From: Spirogloea muscicola
Taxonomy: Eukaryota
Assembly: GCA_009602725.1 (NCBI GenBank)
Contig: WELB01000003.1
Span: 635,032-699,031 of the forward strand
Reading direction: 5' to 3'
Length of the DNA stretch: 64,000 bases
In this document: one piece after another, positions 35,567 to 47,106 of the stretch
How positions within the stretch are numbered: position 1 is the stretch's first letter
How the letters are laid out: each line of letters opens with the position of its first letter
Notes under the pieces: model-generated
What the model was told of the DNA's origin: nothing
Databases searched by the model: none
Seen by the model: only the letters and a program-made list of their open reading frames with translations
Translations under genes and position numbers: made by a program

Positions 35567-36879
35567 ATGGCGCAGCCGCGCGGCGGGACGGCGATGGCGG
35601 CCGCCGCGGCCGCCGCCGCCCNNNNNNNNNNNNNNNNNNNNNNNNNNNNNNNNNNNNNNNNNNNNNNNNNNNNNNNNNNNNNNNNNNNNNNNNNNNNNNN
35701 NNNNNNNNNNNNNNNNNNNNNNNNNNNNNNNNNNNNNNNNNNNNNNNNNNNNNNNNNNNNNNNNNNNNNNNNNNNNNNNNNNNNNNNNNNNNNNNNNNNN
35801 NNNNNNNNNNNNNNNNNNNNNNNNNNNNNNNNNNNNNNNNNNNNNNNNNNNNNNNNNNNNNNNNNNNNNNNNNNNNNNNNNNNNNNNNNNNNNNNNNNNN
35901 CCTGAGAGCGCTCGGCGCCGGTGGCGACGCGGCGACGGCAGCCAGCGGCCGGGAAGTCGCCCAAAAGGGCGGCGGCGGAGGCGGCGGCGGCCAAGGGCAA
36001 GGCGGGGAGGCAGCGGTGGCGGCGGTGTGGCTGGAGGTGGCGGCGAGCGAGCGCGGGCGCGCGGTGCTGCGGGAGTGCGTGGAGGCGATGGTGGGCACCG
36101 CCGTCGGCGTGTGGGTGGACAAGACGTCCCACCTGAGCCTCGCCGACGACGTGGTCGCGTCCGTCACGCGGCGCCGCCACCGCGGCCCGCTGCGCCACCT
36201 GCTCACCGCCGTTGCCGCCGGCGCCGCCGAGTCCCTCGTCCGCACCTCCCACGACGTCCTCACGCAGCCGAGCCAACAGCGGGCCGCGCCGTCGCCCGCC
36301 CACCACCCAGTTGGTGATGACGGCGCTGCCGTCACGGCCTCCCCGGCATCGCTCTGCAAGGGGCCCCGCGGCCAGCTCGTGCAGCCGCAGGCTCTGTTCC
36401 AGGACGACGATGAGGCCGCCGCTGCCATGGCCAAGCCGGACCGCGCCTCTCTGAAGCAGAATCTGGCGACCACCCCGGCTCAGGGCGTCCTGGTTCCCTC
36501 GCCGGCAGCTGGCTTCGCCCTCCTCGGTCAGCTGGGGGCCGGCAGAGGCGGTGATGGCGGCGTGACGGCCGGCCTCGTGGCCGCAGTCTGGCAGCTCGTG
36601 ACAGCACCCAACGGTCGGCAGCTCGTGCTCGATGTCTCTGGCGCTATGGCCGCGCAGGCGATGCGAGCGTTTGTCCTGGTTTGTGCAGAGAACCTCCGGT
36701 CCAAGCCGGCCGCTAAGGCCTCCACTCTTGTACATAGCGGGCAGCCGGCGCTTCCGGTCCTTCTGCCGCACCATGTGGCAGTGGTGGCGGGCCGCGCCCT
36801 GGTCGCCACATCCGTGTGCCTCGCCATCTGCCTTCACATGCTCCTGGGCACCAGCTCCTTTGCCGGCATCCACTCCTGA
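35567..36879 (+). CDS. PHLOEM PROTEIN 2-LIKE A10-like protein (interrupted by N-gap)
   Basis: MVGTAVGVWVDKT...DDVVASVT...H...LLTAVAAGAAESLVRTSHDVL, APNGRQLVLDVSG and C-terminal VCLAICLHMLL recall PP2-A10 family blocks. Start inferred. Confidence 0.65.
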
Positions 36880-37489
36880 TGACAGCACTGCCGCCGTTGC
36901 CTTCTTCCTTGATAGTCTGGTAAGCCTTCAGGGTGCAGGCTGGCATTGTGACAAGAAACACCTGTGTACAATCCTGCTGTGTGATATATACCAGACTATC
37001 ACCTTTACTGAGATCTTCTTTTGGACTCAGCCAGTGGCACGTGACAGTCTGTGACATTCTTGCAAAGCGCTGTGCAGGCTATGCTGCAGTACGACGATGG
37101 ACTGCTCCCTGCAGCATGTCCAACTCACATTTCATTTGTTGCGGAGCTCCGTCTGCTGCTAGTTGATAAGGAGCTGGCAAATAGCTTGATTGCACTAGGC
37201 CATTAGTTGTTGCCTCTCCCTGTGGCAGGTTGGCATTGAAGTCCCTTCTTAGTAGCTAGGTCTTGATTCTTGGGCAAAGCAGTCCATGATGCCAATCTAG
37301 GAAGGCGCATGCTGTTCTTGCTGGTAGTCCACTATGATGCATTTATTGGCATCATGTGCTGTACATTAGACAGAGTTGTATTCAAGGGCCGAAAGGCGGT
37401 AATACCACACAGCAATGCAAGTGACTACAATGAATGGGAGCTCCATTACCCCTAGTCAGCAGGCGCAAGTCGGAGTAAGTTGCAGCTGG

Positions 37490-38375
37490 AAGAGAGGGGC
37501 GCAGTGCGCATGGAATGGAAGGGAGGCCAAATACTGTTCAGGCAGAAGCTAGTGCACAGAAATGGGGCTACATAAATTGAAGTCCTATGCCAGGGGGTGC
37601 TAAGGTAATAGTGTGACGTTAGTACCCATGAGTGAGCCTACAAACTCGACAGGGTCACCCCAGCGGAAGGCAGAAGCGGCAGCTGAAGCTGGGAAGTGCA
37701 CCGCACGAGCCTGCGAACACTGGAAGAAAGTGGCTCTCTCAAAGGGGGCGAGGGCTGTGAAAAGCGTAGAATGACTCTTCCCGTAGAGGGCGATGGCTGT
37801 AATCGGCCAGCCCAGGAAAGAAAATGAACAAAGTTCAAAGGGGCCAGAAAAGCATTGAAGCACACAGCGACCCAAGTGGCCACTGGATGCTCAGTATCCT
37901 CTGTTGAGCGTTCTTCTGTTGAGCAGCCGCAGGTGTCGGAGAAACTAGTCTTTGGATAGCGGGTCCCGTGGCTGTAGCCAGAGTCTGTAGCCAAAGAGGG
38001 GGCCGAAGAGCGAGTCCAAAGCGCGTCCAAATGGACTCGTGGCTGTGAGAGGCCAGCCCAAAAGGAGTGGCTCTCCCAATGGGGGCGAGGGCTGTGAAAA
38101 GCCAGCCCGAAGAGAATTGACAAAAGGTTCGAAGGGGCCAAATGACGGAGGAGGGCGGCTCGCCCATAGAAAAGAGGGGCTAGCAAAGGGGCCTCAAACG
38201 CTATGGCAGAACGGGTGGACGATGGACCACTCAAAAGCGAAGAGAGGAGCCTCATACCCGACAGGACAGCTGCCGAAGGAATGTGACAAGGTCTAGCCCG
38301 AAAGGTCAAGCGCGGCCAGATTAACTGGTGGCTGGGAGAGGCCAGCCCAAAGGAATGGACAAGGTCTGGAAGGAG
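37490..38375 (-). mobile_element. Head-to-tail stack of retrotransposon 3' ends, all on minus strand
   Basis: Hairpin motif at ~37735, 37800, 38045, 38090 and 38335; ORF C-termini at ~37620-37720 and 37890-37990; lineage-C tail at 38306-38370. Confidence 0.75.
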
Positions 38376-39850
38376 ACGGAGAGCCGCATGCTGAAGGTGG
38401 CGAGGGGGGTCACGACGAGCCCGGAGAGCTGCCACGTGGCGCCTGAGGCGTGGTGGGTTTGGGGCTGACGGCCCCCCTACAGGGGGCGACGGGGGTGCTG
38501 CCGTCACCGCCTGCTTGATCAGCTGACGCTGACGCGGCTTGCGGGGAGCCACCGCGGCCTCCTGCGCACCCCCACGTCCTGCGAAGGCGCGCCCCGGGCG
38601 CCTTAACCGGCACTTAGACAGGCCCCTAACCGGCCATTGAGGCCCTTTACGGCCCCCTCCCGCCACCTAACCACCCTGTTACTGTCACTAACGAGCGCAT
38701 CACGGGGAAGGGGGTTTCGTGGCTCTGCTTCGAGCCATCACCAATTCACCTCATCGGGAACGGCTCGGCACCCCGATGGCGTCGCTTCTCGAAGGCCGCG
38801 GTAACGCACTTCCATCAAGAGGGGACCCGCCCTAACCGCCGCGCCGCGCCCCGCCCCCGCCAGCAGTCGCAGCGTAGTCGCCGCCCCCGGCGACGGGCCG
38901 GACCCCCGCCGCCATCGCCGCCGCGCTTCCCGGCGCGCTTCCCGCCGCTCTCCCCGGCGCGCTTCCTGCCGCGCTTCTCGGCGCGCCCTATGCGCCGCGC
39001 ATGCGCTGCCTTCCCATCCGGCGTCGCCGGCTCGCCTCGTTGAGCTTCGCTGCGGCGCCATCCGTCGAGCAGCGGCCCGCCGCCGCCGCCGCCGCCGCCG
39101 CCNAGGTAGAGGACGTGCTGGGAGCCCCCGCCGCCAGCCAAGGCCGCCGCCCCGTGAGTGCCGCCAAGGCTATGTCATCCCGCCATGACCTGCTGCCGGT
39201 CGTCTATAATTTTGTGAGGCTCCGGTGAACTAATGACATGCATGCGTCAGAGACCTCGTAGCAGCGGTGCTGAACAGACTATATTATTGCGTGAGCGGGA
39301 CGGGCTGCCCTCGAGGCGAGTCGCCTGGCGGTGGCGCGCGCATGACGGCCACGCCTGACTGCCTGTCAGCATGCAGGCGGCCATGGCTGTTGCCCCGATG
39401 CCCTCCAGTGTCCGACGCACTGCTTCCGATGCTCTGTGTGCATATCTGACCTGTGGCAATTTCGGCTGTTGTACGGCCGCAGGCGCTGTCGGCTCCTGCA
39501 ACAGCAGCTCAGGTTCCAGCAGGCGCTTGTTGTGTCATATGCTCGAGTGAATTAGGAGAGGACGTCGCCAGCTGCTTCTTGCGCCGGTATGCATAGACGG
39601 TCATGCTTGCCCCAGCTTATTCTTCTCAGAGATGACCACAGAGTTGTTGAGCTTTTTCCAGTTATCGAGTCAATTCACGAGATGCCAATCGCTCACTGTG
39701 AGATAAGTGACTCAGGGGCAATTGTTTTGGACATGGAGGACTCTAAGCCACATTTAGCATCTCTGTACTGTTTTACACCCTCGCCTTTGCGTAGTGTCAG
39801 ATTGTTAGCAATAAATGGTTGCTGAGATTGTTTGCCGCCTGCCAGCGGCA

Positions 39851-41656
39851 ATGGCGAGGAGCAAGCTGCTGCGGCACTGGCGGGAGGAGGACGTGCCCCC
39901 CAGCGGCAGCACCGCCTCAGCGGCGGCAGCCAAGGCGCCGCCTATTGCCAAGTGGGAGGAGATCAGCTGCCCCATCTGCATGGACACGCCGCACAACGCC
40001 GTCCTGATCCACTGCTCGTCGCACGACCAGGGCTGCCGGCCCTTCATGTGCGACACGTCGGAGCGACACAGCAACTGCCTCGACCAGTACCGCAAGGCGC
40101 AGCTGCTAGCCAGTGCCAACGGCGGCGGCAGTGGTGGCCTCCCGGCAGTGGTGCACTCAGACGGAGGTGACCGACGCTGGGTGGGGAGCGACGGCGAGTC
40201 TGACAGCAGCGCCCCACAGCAGCTTCCCAGCGGCCTGGCGATCGCCGCGGAGGCTGCGCTGCTCCCTGCACCCTTGGAAGCTGCAGACGACATCAAGAAG
40301 GACAACCGAGGCCTGTGCTGCCCGCTGTGTCGCGGCCGCGTCTTGGGCTGGCGTGTCGTGGACGAGGTGCGAGTCTTCCTCAATAGCAAAGCCCGGGCGT
40401 GTGCCTCGGAGCGGTGCGACTTCAGCGGTGCGTACGCCGAGCTGCGGCGGCACGCGCGCGCGGCGCACCCCAAGGTGCGGCCGGCGGCGGTGGACCCGAC
40501 GCGGGAGCGTGAGTGGCACCGCCTCGAGCGACAGCGCGACATGGGGGACGTGCTCAGCACCATCCGCGCCGCCATGCCGGGCGCCACCGTGCTCGGGGAT
40601 TACGTGATTGAGGATGGCGACGATGACCACGACAGCGGTGGATCGTCGGATGGCGGCGGTGACGAGCTCGCCGACTTTCCTGGCGATGACGGCAACTGGT
40701 GGACCGTCTACCTGCTCTTCCAGGTCTTCGGCCCCCAGTCGCTCGGAGGCGGCGGCGGTGGAAGTGGCCGCGGCCTGCTTGGCCGGCACCCCTTCCCCCG
40801 GCACCGCCGCATGCTGGCTGCTGCGCCACCGCGGCTGGTAATACCGCGGCGTGCAGGCAGCCCGCCGCAGGGCCAATCCCCGCAGCGCGCCGCAGCTGCG
40901 GTCCGGTCGCGCCTCTGGGGCGACATGGGTGGCGGAGGGCGGGCCCGGTCCGCGTGGGAGGAGGACGAGGACCGGCCGCCTGGCCTGCGGCGGCGGCGGG
41001 AGCGGCAGCTGGCGCAGCGCCTGCGGGACGGCTTCACGTTCTACTCATCCGAGCTTGCCGATGCGACCGCCGCTGCCGACCGGGAGGTCCCCTCATCCGG
41101 TGCTAATGACAGCGGTGGCAATGACAACAATGGTGGTGGCGGTGGTGGCAGCGGCACGGATCGCACTACCCGGTCGAGGGGCCCTCGGAGGGACTTCATC
41201 ATGGCGCCAAGGAGGTGGCGGTTCATCGACAACCTTGTGCCACGTTCTCAGCGAGATCCGGTTCGGGAAGGCCGCCGCGCCAGCAGTGCGGAGGCAACCA
41301 TGCAGCATGCAGCAGATACCAATAATGATGAGGCATCTGGTAGCGGCGTGTCTTTGACAGTGGCGTTGCTGGAGCGTGCTGCCCGTGTTGAGGATGCGGC
41401 TGAGCAGCCAGCAGCAATTGAGGGATCGCAGCCGGCACGCTGGAGGACGACGCACAACTTTTCAAGAAGCAGTAGCACAGCTAGGACCAGCTTGGTACTT
41501 GGACGGCGCTTACGAAGCAACGAGATGGGAGATGACGATGCGGATGCGACTGGGGCGCATGGCGATGCTGAGGTTGTGAGCAACCGCTGGGTGCGGAGGA
41601 GCCGCCAGAGCAGCAATGACAGTGGTCAGACTGCAGCTGATATCTGGGACAGCTAA
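39851..41656 (+). CDS. DUF1644 (C2H2/C2HC zinc-finger-like) plant protein, intronless CDS
   Basis: WEEISCPICMDTPHNAVLIHCSSHDQGCRPFMCDTSERHSNCLDQY; LCCPLCRGRVLGW; LNSKARAC...CDFSGAYAELRRHARAAHP; DVLSTIRAAMPGATVLGDYVIE; NWWTVYLL. ATG at 39815 is an alternative start. Confidence 0.92.
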   Translation: MARSKLLRHWREEDVPPSGSTASAAAAKAPPIAKWEEISCPICMDTPHNAVLIHCSSHDQGCRPFMCDTSERHSNCLDQYRKAQLLASANGGGSGGLPAVVHSDGGDRRWVGSDGESDSSAPQQLPSGLAIAAEAALLPAPLEAADDIKKDNRGLCCPLCRGRVLGWRVVDEVRVFLNSKARACASERCDFSGAYAELRRHARAAHPKVRPAAVDPTREREWHRLERQRDMGDVLSTIRAAMPGATVLGDYVIEDGDDDHDSGGSSDGGGDELADFPGDDGNWWTVYLLFQVFGPQSLGGGGGGSGRGLLGRHPFPRHRRMLAAAPPRLVIPRRAGSPPQGQSPQRAAAAVRSRLWGDMGGGGRARSAWEEDEDRPPGLRRRRERQLAQRLRDGFTFYSSELADATAAADREVPSSGANDSGGNDNNGGGGGGSGTDRTTRSRGPRRDFIMAPRRWRFIDNLVPRSQRDPVREGRRASSAEATMQHAADTNNDEASGSGVSLTVALLERAARVEDAAEQPAAIEGSQPARWRTTHNFSRSSSTARTSLVLGRRLRSNEMGDDDADATGAHGDAEVVSNRWVRRSRQSSNDSGQTAADIWDS

Positions 41657-42343
41657 CAATGTCAGACTTAAGGAAAGCGAAGACTCTTGCTGCCAGCGGG
41701 AGGTCAGTTGCAGCTGCGCATGTGCAAGACGCAAATGGCTTGGCAGGGCAGTCCCATTGGTCCGAATGTCAAAAGCTGACAATGACATCAGCAGTGCTTG
41801 CTGAAGTGGCAAACTAGGTGCAGGTGCATGCAGTAGCCCCAGTCTGGGCCCGCAGACGCGCTGAGAGGCAAGCCTGGTCGTTTGCCACTTGCACGTACAC
41901 TGCCGCTCCAGATTTGCTGCTTGAAATACGATTATGCATATGAACATATCTCTATACAAAGGGACTCTCTTTTGATCTTCTGTGAGTTGTCGGTGGCCTT
42001 GGGTGCCCCAAGGTCAACAAAGAAGCAAGTACAGTGTATCCCAATCAAAACTTCCCATTCATGACCTGGTTGATTGAGCTGGAGTGGCAGTGCTCCTCTG
42101 CAAGCTATGCATGCTCGCTTTTCCATATACACCTTGTTGAAGGAAGCAAGATAGCATGCAAAGCTTCCCTTGAGGTTCATCCCAGGTATTTGGATGGATG
42201 TCATAGTCAGGTTGCACATTTGCTAGCAATGGCTAATAAGACAAGCAGAGCCCAATTGCGCCTTTCCTTTCAATGGTGATGCATATAGCGTCTATGAATA
42301 CGTGGCTACTTATTGTAGGGATAGTGAGATTGACGTAATGGAC

Positions 42344-44162
42344 TCAAGTTGGGTACACAACAAAGAGTGCCGGCGCTAGCTCTCGAAGAAGCAGGAGCCA
42401 GGCAACAAAGAGGAGCAGCAGCAGCTGTACACCAGCAGCAGCAAGAAATCTTAGAGAGGTCGGAGAAGGAGCCCAAGGCTGGCGGCTGACAGGAAATGCA
42501 AGCAGGCCCTCAAGCTGCCGGTGCAGCGCGTGGGCTTGCTCCTCCGCAACCTTCCGCGCAGCCTCCGCCTCAGCCAGCTGCATGTGCAAGCGGCCCAGCT
42601 TGCATTAGGTGTAAGCTTTGCATGCCACTTGCGGAACTCCTTGCACTGTATGCCAAGATTACCTTGGTTCGTGTTTGTCTTTATGGCAGATGAGGCATCA
42701 GGATGAGCATATCACCTTGTGCATCAATCCGCCGGCGGCATGCATGTGCTCTGTCGCCACCTGTGTAGGCGCAGGGATGGATAAGTCGCCATCTGGGAGC
42801 ATAGATTGAGGACCATTTTGTGCCGCTCCCAGCCTGTCATCCGGGATTGCTTTTAGCGCAAGCCCATTGAAAGGCGCCGTCTGGGCTGCCTGCCAACCAT
42901 CGGTGTTGTCTTGCCCTATCCTTAGGTCAGCCAGCTCTGCAATACAACGGCAAGAGCGTCTTACTTGTCAAGCAACCTTCAGATCGCACTTTGCAAATAA
43001 CCAAATTGGCATGGTCAATAGCAGATGTGTGGGCACCCTGCCGTCGTTCACACCTGCTCTCAGCTTGGCGTGCTCGCCCTGAAGCTCCTGCAGAGCAGTC
43101 TCGCTCTTTTCTGCCCGACGTTGGGCATCGCGCAGCAGCCGTTGCTGGTCAGCTAGTATAGCTGTCAGCTCAGTGATTGCAGGCTCATGCACACCGCTGT
43201 CTTTGAGCTGCCTAGCTGGGCCATCAGTGAGCACCACAACAGCATCTGGCAGGGCTGCTGCCTCGTCCAAAGCATGAGGGGTGGACACCGATGTCAGGCT
43301 TTTGTCCAGCGGGTGGACCTCATCAGCCTCAGGAAATGGCTCCTCCGCAAGCTGCTCGACCTCAGAGGTTGCCTCCATATGCAACCTCTTTGTTGCTGTC
43401 ACTGAATCCTCACTGCAAGCAGCCTCCAGGGAGTCTGCTATTTGTGGTGTCAATGAGCGCTCAGATGCAAGCGGTGCAGTAGAGGAGCGGTCCTTCGCCT
43501 GCTCTTGATCGGCCGGAGGAGGCAGGTGTGAGGACGAGCTGCCGGCTACTGTCGCCGCTGAAGCCAATTTGGTGCTAAGACTCTCTGTCATTGGGCTGAC
43601 AGCTTGGCAGAGGCTGTCGCTGGCCTGTTGCAGGCGCTCGAGCTCGGCAACGACCAGTGCGGCGCGCCGCGACCGCCTCGCTTGCTGCTCCCCATGCTCC
43701 TGCCTGATCACGTCAAGCACCGGCCGGACCCCGGCGCGCCGCCTCACCAGCGAGAGGCTCTCGCTTGTGGCTGGCGTGCTGCTACTGCTCGGCGGTGGAG
43801 GGCCAGCGCCCGAGAAGCTGGACGTGGGGCCGACGTCGCTGCCACCGCTCGCCGCCGAGATGGAGCTGGCCTGTAGAGGTACCAATGTGACCAGACCCAG
43901 TAATCAGCTGTCAAAATGGTGAGAGCCCAAGTGCCAGTCAGCCACGCTACTGCGGCATGTTGCTTCTGCGACTGCCATTGAGAAAGCGATGGCTTCAATG
44001 GCCATACAAGCTCATTGCTGCGGCAATCTCCACCTGGCTGCCAGCGGCGGCTTGCACCAGGCTGAGGCAGAGCCGCTCCAGGCGCCCGACCTCGTCGGCC
44101 AGCGAGCGGGCCTCGCGGGCCCGCGCCGCGGTGCGGGCCTCCCACTCCATTACGTCCTTCAT
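42344..44162 (-). CDS. Coiled-coil, tail-anchored membrane protein ending in VVYPT (plant KASH/WIP-like candidate)
   Basis: Exons ~44162-44034, 43870-43056, 42936-42716 and 42598-42344. Heptad-rich segments (ELTAILADQQRLLRDAQRRAEKSETALQELQ), hydrophobic helix GVQLLLLLFVAWLLLL, terminal PT. Confidence 0.65.
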
Positions 44163-44839
44163 GCCTCGCCGTTAGCTCCGCCGCAGCTGCTCGATCCGAA
44201 GCTAGCTCGTGCCCCTTCGAGGGTGCCCACCAAAGGTGGCGCCTTTGTGACTGCCGGCCAGCAGCCTCTGCCGCTAGCGCCAGCATATGGGCATTCGGAC
44301 AAGCCAACGCAGTTTTTCTGAGCTGAGCTCAACAACGACGGCGGGCAAAGGCCCGATCTTTAAGCCACAAGTCCTGGCAGAGGGTGTCCGGAGAGCGGCA
44401 GTCTGTGTCGGCTCCAAGTGAGCTCACGGGCAGGGCTCTGCGGCGGACCCTGAGCCGCCCGGCGCCAGTGCCGCCGCCGTCGCCGACGACGACGAGACGA
44501 GACGAGACGAGAAGCTGCAGAGGCCGCTGCCAGAGCTGCTGTCAGCTCCCCCAACGCCAGGCCTCAGCGCACCAGCAGCCAGGAGCCCGGCTACAAGCGC
44601 AACTCTAGGCTTGGTATTGGTGACGCTTGCTGGCTGCTGCGGCAGCTGGCTTGGAGCCGGCGACGGTCTCAGGCGGCGGCGGCGGCGGTGGCGGCGGCGG
44701 CAGCGGCGGCGGCGGCGGCGAGCGGCGTGAGCCGCCGCTGATCGCGGCGCGTGGGGCTACCATTGCTCCATCGAATCCACAGTGGTGGCGTAGCGGGATG
44801 GAGTTGAAGGGTTCTTGTGGGCCCACTAGAAGAGGAACT

Positions 44840-46460
44840 CTCGAGTATTCGAAACCATCGAAGGCCAATATGGCTAAGTACGAAGGCAAGTACATCTAAT
44901 GACGTACTAGAAGAGGTGAGCTCTGCCAATGGAAACTGGAGTGTGTATTAAGCGTTGGAGTACTTGGCCTGTGTGGCCAAGTACTTAGGCAAGCACATGA
45001 ACAAATGTACATCACCTGCTGCTAAGTCCTAAATCCCCGGGGCGAGGGGGGCTATGAAACATGCGCCAGCCCAAAAAGCATGGACAAGGTCCAAGAAGGC
45101 GCCAAAACCACAGAGCTAATGCACGAGACTACAGCGAATGGGGAAAGAAGTGGCTCCCCCAAAGGGAGCAAGGGCCGTGGACAGCCAGCTCATTTATGAT
45201 TGACAAGGGAGCTCAGTAACCCAGGGTCAGCAGCCGCAAGTCGGAGGAGCTTGCAGCTTTTAAAACCCAACGAGACCCAGAAATTAGCAGCCACAGCGCG
45301 GCCTGCCCATAAGTGCACTGCGTGAGCCTGGGACCATTGTGGCCGAACCTTCTGCAGCAGCTTGCAAGGCGGGCCATTGATCGTCGGCAGGGACCGCACG
45401 GTCAGCTGCCCAGCTTCAACAGCGCTTGCCCAGGTGCTCCGCATGCGGCTACTCATTTTCTTCCAACGGTCCCAGGCTCATGCAGTGCACTTGCGGACAG
45501 GCCGCACTTTAGCTGCTACTTCTGGGTTTCGTTGGGGTGCCTCTTTTCCAGCTGCAAGTTACTCCGACTTGCGGCGGCTGCTGCCTAGGGGTCACGAAGC
45601 TCCTATTTGCTGTAGTCTCTTGCATAGCTCTGGAGTTGTTGGCGCCTTTTGGCTCTGTGGAGTTGTTCTTTCTCCCTGGGCTGGCTTTCACAGCCATCAC
45701 CCTCTACCGGAGAGTCTTTCTCTATTTCACAGTCCCCGCCCCCTTCGAAAGAGCTCCATTGCAAGAAGAAGAAAGCAAGAAAGGAATTGGCTCTCCCAAT
45801 GGGGGCAAGGGCTGTGAAAAGCCAGCCCGAAGAGAATTGACAAAGGTTCGAAGGGGCCAAATGACGAAGGAGCCCAAAGCGCCATGGCAGAATGGGTGTA
45901 GGATGGACCACTCAGTCGCTACGAGTGAGGAGCCTCGGATTCGACAGACTAGCTGCCGGAAAGCAAGCGCGGCCAGATTGACTGGTGGCTGGGAGAAGCC
46001 AGCCCAAAAGGAATGGACAAGGTCTGAAGGAGCCGGAGTGCGAAGGACTAAGTCATCAGCTAAGGGGACTCTCAGTAACCTCTAGTCAGAAGATGCAAGT
46101 CTGAACAGCTAGCTGGCGGAAAGACGCCGACCGGTAAACAAGAAAAAAAGAAGGGGCACTCCCAATGAGGGCAAGGGCTGTGAAAAGCCAGCCGGAAAAA
46201 GAAGTGACAAAGGTTCGAATGATGGAGGGGCCTAATAAGCGCTAAGCAGCTACGAAGGGGCCTGAAGAGGCCATGTCAGAACGGGGGAGGCTGGACCACT
46301 CAGTAGTTACGAGTGAGGAGCCTCATATCCGAAAACAGTCCCCAGGCTGGATAGCAGCACGCGGAGCAACCGGTTCAAGACCCGGCGGCGTAGAAGCAGG
46401 GCAGCTCACCTTGCCGTCCCTGCCGACGTCCACTGGCTGGGGTGTCACCGGCCGCCGGTC
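44840..46460. mobile_element. Large cluster of retrotransposon 3' ends; plus-strand copy 45290-45760 meets minus-strand stack 45789-46460
   Basis: RMRLLIFFQRSQAHAVHLRTGRTLAATSGFRWG...ASYSDLRRL (+); minus LLTR-type termini at ~45213, 45912, 46072 and 46300; multiple hairpins. Confidence 0.78.
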
Positions 46461-47106
46461 ACGACGATCGAGAGAGTGCGAGTGAGCGAGCGACAGGTCC
46501 TTTTGCGAAGCGCTAAATCCCACTCACAAAGTACCAAACAGGGTAACCGTGAAAGTACATCAATTCGATCTGTCCATCCACTCAGAGCTGCAGTTTCTTG
46601 CCAGAGTGGCGCCACCTTCGCCCCAGCGACGCCGGCACGCACGCCCGCCGCCGCGCCGCGCCATCCGCGCCGCGATCTCCGGCCGGCGTCTCCGCCCTGG
46701 CCGAGCCGCGCCGTCTGCTAACGGCGGCGGCCTTCTGCCTGCCGGTCGACGTGCTGGCCGTTTCAAGCCGTGGCCTGCGGCTTCGGGAAGCGGTCCTCGG
46801 TCACGGTTGCGACCACCGGCGTGACGGCGGGCCCGATATCGTTGCCGCCGCGGCGGACGACGTCCACGGGCGCGGGCTTGCCCGGCCACAACCTGGCCTC
46901 CACTTCGGAGCGGGAGATGAAGGCCGTGACCTGCAAGGTCGCCAATGTCCTTGCTCAAGTTGGCTGCCAGCAATGAGGTGACGAGGTTTCCGAGGTAATG
47001 AAGGAGAGAACCATTCACGAGTGGCTGTGCGTTTCAGGAGGGAGGCAGCAGCTCGTCAGGGCCGTCCAACTGAGAGGAAGGCGAGGCCTTGGCTGCTGCA
47101 TCGGCT

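Noticed and set aside
37720..38375. Recurring ~40-bp motif separated by variable DNA, superficially CRISPR-like
   Set aside because: Repeats are degenerate and irregularly spaced, the intervening DNA is itself repeated retroelement sequence, there are no cas genes, and the context is eukaryotic.
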